NCBI GenBank assembly: GCA_963677105.1
Contig: OY781871.1
Coordinates: 480,001-512,000, forward strand
Length of the DNA stretch: 32,000 bases
DNA from: Candidatus Saccharimonadota bacterium
GTDB lineage: Bacteria; Patescibacteriota; Gracilibacteria; UBA4473
Direction: 5' to 3'
Position numbers and translations under genes: made by a program. Shown here piece after piece: positions 15,761-23,424 of the stretch. The notes below the pieces were generated by a model that was not told the origin of the DNA, did not search any database, and saw nothing but the letters and a program-made list of their open reading frames with translations. The number at the start of each line of letters is the position of its first letter. Positions within the stretch are counted from its first letter, which is position 1.

Positions 15761-18700
15761 ATGTTTTCTACAAAAAAAGGGATTGTGGTCATCCTTATAA
15801 TGACCATCGCTGTTTTGGCTTTCGGCCAGAACATGGAATACGAAAATCATGGAACAATGACTGTTGGCGGAGGATCATATCTTCGTCATAATTGGGTACA
15901 ATTACCCAATGGTGACAACTACGTTCGCTGCACAACCAATGGCGTGTCAACAAATGTTGAGTTATATGCCGGATGGACATTAACGTTTAATGGCGTTACA
16001 AATCCATGTATGGCGGAAGACGATGGCACAATTTATTGCGCTGTTAGTCAATATGACGCAACCACAATTGGCGGAGTCACATATCCTGATCCTCCAAACA
16101 ATGAATCACGAGTTATTCTCGTGAAAATTAGTTCAAGCGGATCTGTCTTAGATTCATGGATCACTTCTGACCATGGATTTGAGCTGAAGAATATCGCAAC
16201 GAATGGCTCCGAGATAGCACTTGTTGGACACGCTGACCCATCATTAGAACACCTCTCCTCCCCAATCGGCGGAGGCGTTGTTCTCATCCATGATGGAAAC
16301 AACTGGGATCCCACGAAGGGTTTCTATATTGAAACCCCTGCTAATGGATTTCGTCCGGTTGTCACCGATGTTCAATTTCTCTCAAATGGAAATTTGGCCT
16401 TAAGTGGGGAATGGACAGGCGGAACACTGTCTTTCGGCGGACTTTCTCGTTCTCCTATCGGAGGAGAGGATATGTTTCGTGGAGAAATTAGCACCGCTGG
16501 TGTTGGTATTTCCGTTGTTAACTCTGGTGGTCTTAGTGGTGATTTCGATAATATCTCTATCACCAATGCAAATGGTGATTATATGATCACTGGGCTGTAT
16601 TGTAGCTCTACATCACTAACTACGTTCTATAACGCAGACGAATCGGTTGGAGGAACTATTGATGTTCATCCTGTTGGCAACTCACATGATCAAATGTATT
16701 TTGCATTCTATGACGCTTCTGGCGTATTGCAGAATGTAGAGTATGTATACAACTCCAACGAAGATCTACGTAATGTAGACGTCGCTTGTAGCGACGGATA
16801 CTTTTACGCCATGATTAGCAATGAAAATGGGGGAACTGTAGTAACTCCAACGGAAAGTCACTCTCAGCTAGCTCCTATAATGCTTAAGTTTGATTCTGTG
16901 GGAACTCCCATATGGTCAAAGCAGTATGAGGGAACCTCTGCTCAATACGGAGAAGAAATTCTCGTGAGCGGAGATATCGTGACCATTTGTGGTCTTGAGT
17001 ACGGAACATCCGATCTCGATTTCGATGTCAACAACGTAGTCAATGTGTCCAATACTAGCTATTGGGCTCGTTACTTCGACGGCGTCGTAGTTGGACCAAC
17101 CGCAGATTTCGTTGGAACTCCAACCACAATCGTGGAAGGAGAAAGTGTTTCCTTTACGGATTTATCCGGAACTGGAACAAATCCAATCACTTCTCGCTAC
17201 TGGACATTTGGAGACGATGGAACTTCTAGTTCTACTAATCCAACCAATACTTATGATGATCCCGGAATATACACAGTTTCTTTAACTGTTTCCGACGGCG
17301 ACCTATCAGACACTGAAACGAAAACTGCGTATATCACTGTGATTGCGCAAACTTTGTCATTAACTCCAACATCAGAAGATGTTACTGCTGCGGCTGGTTC
17401 TACCAGCTTTACAGTTTCATCCAACGGTGGATGGAACGCAGAGGAAGCCTGTGGCTGGGCTACAATCGCCCCCGCCTCCGGAAACGGAAATGGAAGCATT
17501 GCGGTCAACTATCAGGAAAATACAACAACGGTTAGCCGAAGTTGTGTTGTAACTGTAACAGCTGACAACGGTCTTGAGGAAGTGTTTACACTGACTCAAG
17601 CTGGAGCAACTCCTGTGTTGGTTTTTGATCCTACAACAACGAATGTTTCAACTGTTGCTGGGAACGCTGTTTCTGTCTTGAGTACTAACGAGGCTTCTGC
17701 TTCATTAGTTATCTCAGGATCAGGTGCTGCTGTAAATCCAACAACCGTTGTAACTGGTGACACAAATGTAACGGTTTCATATCCAGCGAATCTGGACATG
17801 GCAACTCGATCGTTTGTTGTAACCGCCACATCAAGTCCTCACGGACTTGTTGAAACGTTTACCGTTGATCAAACTGGTGTTGATGCGTTTATCGTATTGA
17901 CCCCAGATAACGCGAACGTTCCAGCTTCTGCTGGTTCTGTAAACGTTACGATTGATTGCCCGGGCGACCTTGCTTGGACAATTGATGGATTGGCTGATTG
18001 GATAACCGTTGACGAGTTAACCGGAACAGGACCTCAAGATATCTTGATTTCCTACGAAGAGAATGAAGAAGAAACTCCACGTTCAGACGACTTCACTGTC
18101 GCTGGATCCGGGGAAACTGCAATGTTTTCTCTGAGTCAAGTAGCAGCAAACGCTCCTTTGAGCGGAACTGCAACTGCGTCTCCAGATGAAATATCTGTTG
18201 GTGCGGAAATTCAGCTGTCAGCCCAGGGAACTGGCGGAACTGGGAATTATTCTTATTCCTGGACCTCTGTTCCTGTTGGTTTTACATCAACAGAACAGAG
18301 CCCGACAGCCACTCCTGTAATTCATACAACGTACTCTTGCGACATTTTTGATGGCGAAGATGCGTTTGTAGCAGAAGTTGACGTAATTGTTCATCCACTT
18401 CCTGTGGTTGATTTTTACGCCGACGACGTAACTCCAACTGTTGGTCAGGTAGTGCAGTTCACTGCTGACATTACTTTCCCTTCTGGAGCACTTGGTGTTT
18501 CCACTTACGAATGGGACTTCGATGATCCCACAGGTGAAAATGGCGGATTCTCCAATGAGGAAAATCCAGGCTACGCATTTGCCGAAGATGGGAGCCACGA
18601 CGTGAAGTTGACCATCTGGTTAACGGACGGGACAGTTACTTGGGAACAGAAGATTGATTACATCACTATCACCGTTGGTGTTGATGATGAACATGTGACT

Positions 18701-18967
18701 CCGGTCACAACTTCACTCTCGAACTATCCCAATCCGTTCAACCCAACTACTACAATTCGTCTTCAGGCGAATGCAAACGTGGAATGGAAATCCCTTGGCG
18801 TTTATAACATCAAGGGACAGTTGGTTAAATCTATAGATGTGGACCGTTTACGCGGAACACAAAACATAGAGATAAAAATGGACGAGAATGCTTCTGGGGT
18901 ATATTTCATGCGTGCTACTACGTATGATGGAAAGAATATGCTTCACAAAATTTCTCTTTTGAAATGA
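15761..18967 (+). CDS. Secreted multidomain protein: beta-propeller-like N-terminal region, PKD domains, Ig/BACON-like repeats, T9SS type-A C-terminal sorting domain
   Basis: 1068 aa. Signal peptide MFSTKKGIVVILIMTIAVLAFGQN. Two PKD-like domains (VSFTDLSGTGTNPITSRYWTFGDDGTSSSTNPTNTYDDPGIYTVSLTVSD and VQFTADI...YEWDFDDP...GSHDVKLTIW). Three repeats of about 90 aa ending in ..FTLTQAG, ..FTVDQTG and ..FSLSQVA. C-terminal NYPNPFNPTTTIRL...SGVYFMRATTYDGKNMLHKISLLK. Strong SD AAAGGAGGG 5 nt before the ATG. Confidence 0.9.
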   Translation: MFSTKKGIVVILIMTIAVLAFGQNMEYENHGTMTVGGGSYLRHNWVQLPNGDNYVRCTTNGVSTNVELYAGWTLTFNGVTNPCMAEDDGTIYCAVSQYDATTIGGVTYPDPPNNESRVILVKISSSGSVLDSWITSDHGFELKNIATNGSEIALVGHADPSLEHLSSPIGGGVVLIHDGNNWDPTKGFYIETPANGFRPVVTDVQFLSNGNLALSGEWTGGTLSFGGLSRSPIGGEDMFRGEISTAGVGISVVNSGGLSGDFDNISITNANGDYMITGLYCSSTSLTTFYNADESVGGTIDVHPVGNSHDQMYFAFYDASGVLQNVEYVYNSNEDLRNVDVACSDGYFYAMISNENGGTVVTPTESHSQLAPIMLKFDSVGTPIWSKQYEGTSAQYGEEILVSGDIVTICGLEYGTSDLDFDVNNVVNVSNTSYWARYFDGVVVGPTADFVGTPTTIVEGESVSFTDLSGTGTNPITSRYWTFGDDGTSSSTNPTNTYDDPGIYTVSLTVSDGDLSDTETKTAYITVIAQTLSLTPTSEDVTAAAGSTSFTVSSNGGWNAEEACGWATIAPASGNGNGSIAVNYQENTTTVSRSCVVTVTADNGLEEVFTLTQAGATPVLVFDPTTTNVSTVAGNAVSVLSTNEASASLVISGSGAAVNPTTVVTGDTNVTVSYPANLDMATRSFVVTATSSPHGLVETFTVDQTGVDAFIVLTPDNANVPASAGSVNVTIDCPGDLAWTIDGLADWITVDELTGTGPQDILISYEENEEETPRSDDFTVAGSGETAMFSLSQVAANAPLSGTATASPDEISVGAEIQLSAQGTGGTGNYSYSWTSVPVGFTSTEQSPTATPVIHTTYSCDIFDGEDAFVAEVDVIVHPLPVVDFYADDVTPTVGQVVQFTADITFPSGALGVSTYEWDFDDPTGENGGFSNEENPGYAFAEDGSHDVKLTIWLTDGTVTWEQKIDYITITVGVDDEHVTPVTTSLSNYPNPFNPTTTIRLQANANVEWKSLGVYNIKGQLVKSIDVDRLRGTQNIEIKMDENASGVYFMRATTYDGKNMLHKISLLK

Positions 18968-19041
18968 TAACTTTCTAAATTCTCACCATCTCAATTGATA
19001 TCTTCGGATAAATGTTGAGTAGTGCGAGTATATCAAACATG

Positions 19042-19070
19042 AAGCACCGGATCCGTCCGGTGCTTTTCTT
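19042..19070 (+). terminator. Rho-independent terminator after the T9SS-CTD gene
   Basis: AAGCACCGGA (19042-19051), loop TCCG, TCCGGTGCTT (19056-19065), then TTTCTT. Confidence 0.8.
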
Positions 19071-19112
19071 CGTATAAATTTTTATTTATGCACTTTCCTT
19101 CCGGAAGAAGTT

Positions 19113-19140
19113 TTGACCGCTTATGTGTTTTTCATATGAT
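19113..19140 (+). promoter_or_regulatory. Sigma70-like promoter, leaderless geometry, for the Cys/His-rich lipoprotein gene
   Basis: TTGACC (19113-19118), 16-nt spacer, TATGAT (19135-19140), then 7 nt to ATG 19148. Confidence 0.5.
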
Positions 19141-19147
19141 AAAAATA

Positions 19148-19546
19148 ATGCGCACAACCCTCGCTAGTCTCTGCATTTTAGGAAAACTCTCTCTTTTGGG
19201 ATGTTTTTCTCTTTTCGGAGGACATTGTGGTGTTGCAGAAGCGGCAGAAATTTCTCCTTGCCACCAAGTGGCAACCGAAAAACATGTTGGAGAGGAAGAA
19301 CACACTCCTCCATGTGGACAATGTGAAAATTCTGTAAAAACGTGGTCAACGCCCGTTTCTGTTTTTTCTGCTGAAAAGAAAATCTATGTTCCTGCGACAT
19401 TTGTTTTCCCACCGTATGCATTTCAAAAGGAACTTCCTTGTAATAAGATCGTACTTAGTCCTGCAAAGCGACCACCCGACGACTTGTTTACTCGAACTTT
19501 TCAACGCGTTGCCAAGTCGACGCAATGGCGGAGTTCTGAGCACTAA
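19148..19546 (+). CDS. Putative lipoprotein with Cys/His-rich N-terminal region (possible metal-binding)
   Basis: The ORF-track start 19088 is trimmed to ATG 19148. MRTTLASLCILGKLSLLGC carries a lipobox-like LLGC. The mature part begins FSLFGGHCGVAEAAEISPCHQVATEKHVGEEEHTPPCGQCENS. Confidence 0.55.
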   Translation: MRTTLASLCILGKLSLLGCFSLFGGHCGVAEAAEISPCHQVATEKHVGEEEHTPPCGQCENSVKTWSTPVSVFSAEKKIYVPATFVFPPYAFQKELPCNKIVLSPAKRPPDDLFTRTFQRVAKSTQWRSSEH

Positions 19547-19563
19547 TTTTTAAAAAACGACAA

Positions 19564-19588
19564 CGTAATTTCTGAAAAATGAATTACG
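19564..19588 (+). terminator. Weak AT-rich hairpin between the two small Cys-rich genes
   Basis: CGTAATT (19564-19570), 11-nt loop, AATTACG (19582-19588), followed by T-rich sequence. The stem is weak and AT-rich. Confidence 0.3.
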
Positions 19589-19612
19589 ATATTTCTTTAA
19601 TTTAATTTTATA

Positions 19613-19867
19613 ATGAAAAAATACTTTATGATTTTCGGTCTTGCCCTCGTCGCAGGAATTGGCATTTTCGCTCTCACAGACAGTCTCGCTGGAACAGATC
19701 TCTTGACGAGCATTATTCCAACAGAAACTTGTGATGACGGAATGTGTGGCAATTCAGACTGTGATTGTCCCAAAAAAATGGATCCATCTTACGCAGAAGG
19801 TTGCCCGATGAAAGCGGCAAAAACAAAAACTGTTGGATGCGGATGTGCGAAAAATTCGCGTTCGTAA
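19613..19867 (+). CDS. Small membrane-anchored or secreted Cys-rich protein (metallothionein-like C-terminus)
   Basis: 84 aa. N-terminal hydrophobic helix MKKYFMIFGLALVAGIGIFAL. The C-terminal 45 aa hold 9 Cys in CxxxxC, CDC and CGC spacings (ETCDDGMCGNSDCDCPKKMDPSYAEGCPMKAAKTKTVGCGCAK). Confidence 0.55.
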   Translation: MKKYFMIFGLALVAGIGIFALTDSLAGTDLLTSIIPTETCDDGMCGNSDCDCPKKMDPSYAEGCPMKAAKTKTVGCGCAKNSRS

Positions 19868-19953
19868 GAATAAAATTCAGTTTTTATTGAAAGAAGGGGG
19901 AGAAATCCTCTCTCTTTTTTTATTTTTTCATTCCCACATCGCAAGAACGATTA

Positions 19954-20391
19954 CTAGTGGTTCCATTTAAATAGTTCTTTTACTGTCAAGAGCGCTGCAC
20001 TGATGGCACTTTTGTCAAAGTTAGGAGAAGACAATTCCTTCTCCATTTGGGAAATAAGATCTTTCAATTTCTGTTGTTCCTCTTCATTAAATTTTGGAGG
20101 AGGCGTGGCAGCTCGATAATAAACCTTCATCATGTCGACCAAATCTTCTAAGAATTCTTGAACTTCTTCTTTGTTATCATAATCGAGCGTTCTCCAGTCT
20201 TCTTTTTCTCTCCCCCCACAAAAGGCATTTACATTTCTTGCAACTCGCCTTATTCCAACTTCCCCCTCTTTCCACTCTTCAAGACGCTTTTTTATTATTA
20301 ATCCTGCTTTTTGCCAATATTTTTTATTTGAATGTAATTCAGATTCTTTTGCTGTCCGTCTTGGAATGGGATTCGTTTTTGCAAGTACCAT
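19954..20391 (-). CDS. Hypothetical protein, tightly coupled downstream of purL
   Basis: 145 aa, charged and helical, with no recognisable motif. Its ATG lies 2 nt after the purL stop codon. Confidence 0.55.
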   Translation of the reverse strand: MVLAKTNPIPRRTAKESELHSNKKYWQKAGLIIKKRLEEWKEGEVGIRRVARNVNAFCGGREKEDWRTLDYDNKEEVQEFLEDLVDMMKVYYRAATPPPKFNEEEQQKLKDLISQMEKELSSPNFDKSAISAALLTVKELFKWNH

Positions 20392-20393
20392 CT

Positions 20394-23312
20394 TTAAAAT
20401 TTAGAAAACGTCTCTCGATACGCATCACTCAATTTCTCTACAGAAACTGCATCAAGTCCCGCAATAACTAAGTCATCTCCAGCAACTTCTCCAATCTCAA
20501 TCGCTTCTGGGAAAAGTTTTTCAAGCTCCCCAACTTTGTTTGAGGCGACGGAAACAAGGAATCGCGATTTTGATTCAGACCACATTGCTGTAGATAAATC
20601 TTCTGAAATTTTCGATAAATCAACGTGAGCACCAAGCTGTCCTGCTACGCAAGATTTCGCTAATGCTGTCGCCAATCCTCCTTGCCAAACGTGTTGAGAA
20701 GAAGCGAGCAATCCGCTCTGATGCGCCACAAACATCCGATCGTAACGATCTTTTGATTCTTCTGCATTTAATACCGGAACAATAGAGTCTTTCAGTTCTT
20801 TCATATTACTAAACTCAGAACCTCCAAATTCAGCGCTCGTTTCGCCGATGACAAATATTTTGTCTCCTGCCATTTTCCAATCGATCGTTTGTACTTTGTT
20901 CGCATCTGGAATCACGCTTAATGTTGAAATCAAAAGCGTTGGCGGAACGGAAATTTTTATCTCTTTATCGTTCGCGTCGTATCCGCGGAAGTCGTTAAAC
21001 ATTGAATCTTTCCCAGAAATATATGGCGTTCCATAAATGGTTGCTACGTCATAACACGCTTTTGCTGTTTCTAAAAGCTGACCAAGTCTCTCGACTTCAT
21101 CAGAACTGCACCAACAAAAGTTATCCATAATCGCCATGTGATCTATGTTCGCTCCCGTCGCAACTGCTGACGCAACTGCGTCATCAATCGTCGCCGCAGC
21201 CATTGCATACGGATTCATATTCGTCATCCGTGGGTTCAACGCGTGAGATGTCACAACCGCTTTATTCGAAGTCAAAACTGGACGAACAACTGCCGCCGCG
21301 CCATTCACTCTCCCTTTTCCTTGAAACGGTTTGACCACGCTTCCACCAAGAACTTCGTGATCATATTGCTGAGAAATCCATTGATTAGACGTCACATTCG
21401 GTCGTTTCAACATTTCTACGATGTCCGCAGAAGAGGTTTTTATTTCCAGTGTTGCTGGTAATTCATGTTGTTTCCACTCAGCTTTCAGTTGCTCTCGTGG
21501 CCATCCTGTAGCGAGAAAATTGAGGGAAAGATCAAAAATCTTTTTCCCATCCCAGAGAATTTGTCCTCTTCCGCTGTCAGTAAATTTCCCAAGAACGGTT
21601 GCCTCTACTCCGTGTTTTGTAAATATTTTTATAAATGCATCTACTTTCCCCTGCGGAACAGAAAATGTCATTCGCTCTTGAGATTCAGAAATCCAAATCT
21701 GCCACGGCTCAAGATTCGGATATTTCAATGGAACTCTCTCCAAATGAACTTCAAATCCTCCCGCTTCTTCCCCAAGTTCTCCGATTGTTCCAGAAATTCC
21801 TCCTGCTCCACAATCGTGAACCGAGTTGATAAATCCACCTTCGCGCAAATCGTAAATAACTGCGTCTGATAATTTTTTTTGTGTAATCGGATCTCCGATT
21901 TGAACGGCTGTCGCCGGACTTCCTTCATCCAATGCTTCTGAACTAAATGTCGCTCCATGTACTCCATCCATTCCAACACGTCCTCCAACGACAACGATTG
22001 CGTCGCCCGCTTTCGCTGATTTTTCACTTGAATCGGTTCCGTCTAAATTCCGTGGAATAAGACCGATTGTTCCCGCAAAAACGAGTGGTTTCCCCGCATA
22101 TCCATCATCGAAATACGTAAAACCAAGTGGCGTTGGAATTCCTGACTGATTTCCTCCTTCATTCACTCCCTCCACAACTCCATCGAGGATTTCTCGCGGT
22201 TGAAGAATCGGATTTGATTTCTTTTTTCCGCGATACAAATCGAACGTCTTTCGTGGGTCGGCTGTACAAAATCCATATCGATTAATTACTGGTTTCGAAC
22301 CACGTCCATATCCAATACAATCACGATTTACTCCGACAATTCCTGTCATCGCTCCTCCAAGTGGATCAAGCGCTGATGGAGAATTGTGCGTTTCCATTTT
22401 ATCTGAAACAACCCACTCATCATCAAAATCAATTCCTCCAGAATTGTCTGAAAAAACCGAAACACAGAAATCGTCTTTCCCTTTGTTCTTTCGAATATCT
22501 ACGGTCGCTTGGCGAATAAATGTTTTGAAAATTCCTTTCTCGTGTTCGTTGATTGGGTTTGCAAAAATGGTGTGTCGACAATGTTCTGACCAAGTTTGAG
22601 CAATCGATTCCAACTCAATGTCGAACGGGTTTCGTCCTTCTTCACGGAAATAATCTCGAATCGTGTGTAGGTAAAGAAGCGACAAAGCAAGTGGTCCACG
22701 ACGTGTTCCATCTGGAGAAAGAATTCCTTTTTTTCCGAGCTCAATAAGTTCTTCGTCTGAAACTTCCAGATTTACTTCCATCGGCGCGGCTGGTGCGTGC
22801 AACTTTACTTCTGGAGCAAAAATATCCATTCCTCCGTCTTTCTGAAATGCTTCGTGTGATTTCACAGAAATTCTTTGGATAAGCGGATTCGCAAAAAGTC
22901 TTCCTATTTGTTGCGCTTGTTTCTCTGAAATGTTTCCAGAAACATAGAGAAGTACGGAACTATAAGCGTTTTCATGTGGCACGTTAAACTTTATTCCGAA
23001 TTTGTTTTCAATAGATTCTACAACTGTCGATCCGACATTATCAGTAACTCCTGGCAAGAACCCGATTTCAATCGCCCAATCAAATTCTCGAAATATGTCC
23101 GGATCATCAATATTAAATGATTCATAAACAGGATTTGTAAGCATTTCGCCAACTTTTTCCTGCTCACTTGGTTCAAATTCTCGAACAATTGTGTAAATAT
23201 TTGTTGTCGCTAATTTGGTTATTTGAAATCCAGCTGCCTGAATTTTCGTTTGGAAACTAACCGCACGATTATCTTGTACGGTGTTCTCGATCTCGATGCG
23301 AAATGCGTTCAT
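20394..23312 (-). CDS. purL: Phosphoribosylformylglycinamidine synthase, large-PurL type (N-terminal + linker + synthetase domains) without glutaminase domain
   Basis: The ORF track starts at TTG 23363. ATG 23312 gives MNAFRIEIEN... The motif AQTWSEHCRHTIF is the large-PurL form (small PurL has SEHCSYK). About 220 aa precede it (PurS-like N-domain plus linker). The protein ends after the synthetase domain at about 972 aa, with no GATase motifs. Confidence 0.92.
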   Translation of the reverse strand: MNAFRIEIENTVQDNRAVSFQTKIQAAGFQITKLATTNIYTIVREFEPSEQEKVGEMLTNPVYESFNIDDPDIFREFDWAIEIGFLPGVTDNVGSTVVESIENKFGIKFNVPHENAYSSVLLYVSGNISEKQAQQIGRLFANPLIQRISVKSHEAFQKDGGMDIFAPEVKLHAPAAPMEVNLEVSDEELIELGKKGILSPDGTRRGPLALSLLYLHTIRDYFREEGRNPFDIELESIAQTWSEHCRHTIFANPINEHEKGIFKTFIRQATVDIRKNKGKDDFCVSVFSDNSGGIDFDDEWVVSDKMETHNSPSALDPLGGAMTGIVGVNRDCIGYGRGSKPVINRYGFCTADPRKTFDLYRGKKKSNPILQPREILDGVVEGVNEGGNQSGIPTPLGFTYFDDGYAGKPLVFAGTIGLIPRNLDGTDSSEKSAKAGDAIVVVGGRVGMDGVHGATFSSEALDEGSPATAVQIGDPITQKKLSDAVIYDLREGGFINSVHDCGAGGISGTIGELGEEAGGFEVHLERVPLKYPNLEPWQIWISESQERMTFSVPQGKVDAFIKIFTKHGVEATVLGKFTDSGRGQILWDGKKIFDLSLNFLATGWPREQLKAEWKQHELPATLEIKTSSADIVEMLKRPNVTSNQWISQQYDHEVLGGSVVKPFQGKGRVNGAAAVVRPVLTSNKAVVTSHALNPRMTNMNPYAMAAATIDDAVASAVATGANIDHMAIMDNFCWCSSDEVERLGQLLETAKACYDVATIYGTPYISGKDSMFNDFRGYDANDKEIKISVPPTLLISTLSVIPDANKVQTIDWKMAGDKIFVIGETSAEFGGSEFSNMKELKDSIVPVLNAEESKDRYDRMFVAHQSGLLASSQHVWQGGLATALAKSCVAGQLGAHVDLSKISEDLSTAMWSESKSRFLVSVASNKVGELEKLFPEAIEIGEVAGDDLVIAGLDAVSVEKLSDAYRETFSKF

Positions 23313-23378
23313 AAATTCGTAAAAAATACGCCAATAGTGTAGTGTCTTTCTCTTTTTTAGCAACGAAAATTTCCGTTA

Positions 23379-23387
23379 ATTATAACA
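23379..23387 (-). promoter_or_regulatory. Extended -10 element upstream of purL
   Basis: The minus strand reads TGTTATAAT (forward ATTATAACA 23379-23387), about 66 nt upstream of ATG 23312. The -35 is weak (TACAAA). Confidence 0.4.
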
Positions 23388-23424
23388 TTCCATTTTTGCA
23401 CTTTGTACTTTGTAATTTGATATT

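Noticed and set aside
15426-15834. ORFs 15426..15629 (+) and 15589..15834 (-) in the intergenic region between the giant genes
   Set aside because: Their translations are low-complexity with no start context. The second overlaps the well-supported start and SD of the 15761 gene. The region is better explained by the nested inverted repeats and promoters.
15761-18967. Horizontal transfer of the T9SS-CTD gene argued from GC content alone
   Set aside because: Hand counts differ only modestly from neighbouring genes. The excess can be explained by the Gly/Ala/Thr/Val-rich protein composition. I retain it only as a minor supporting remark in the finding.
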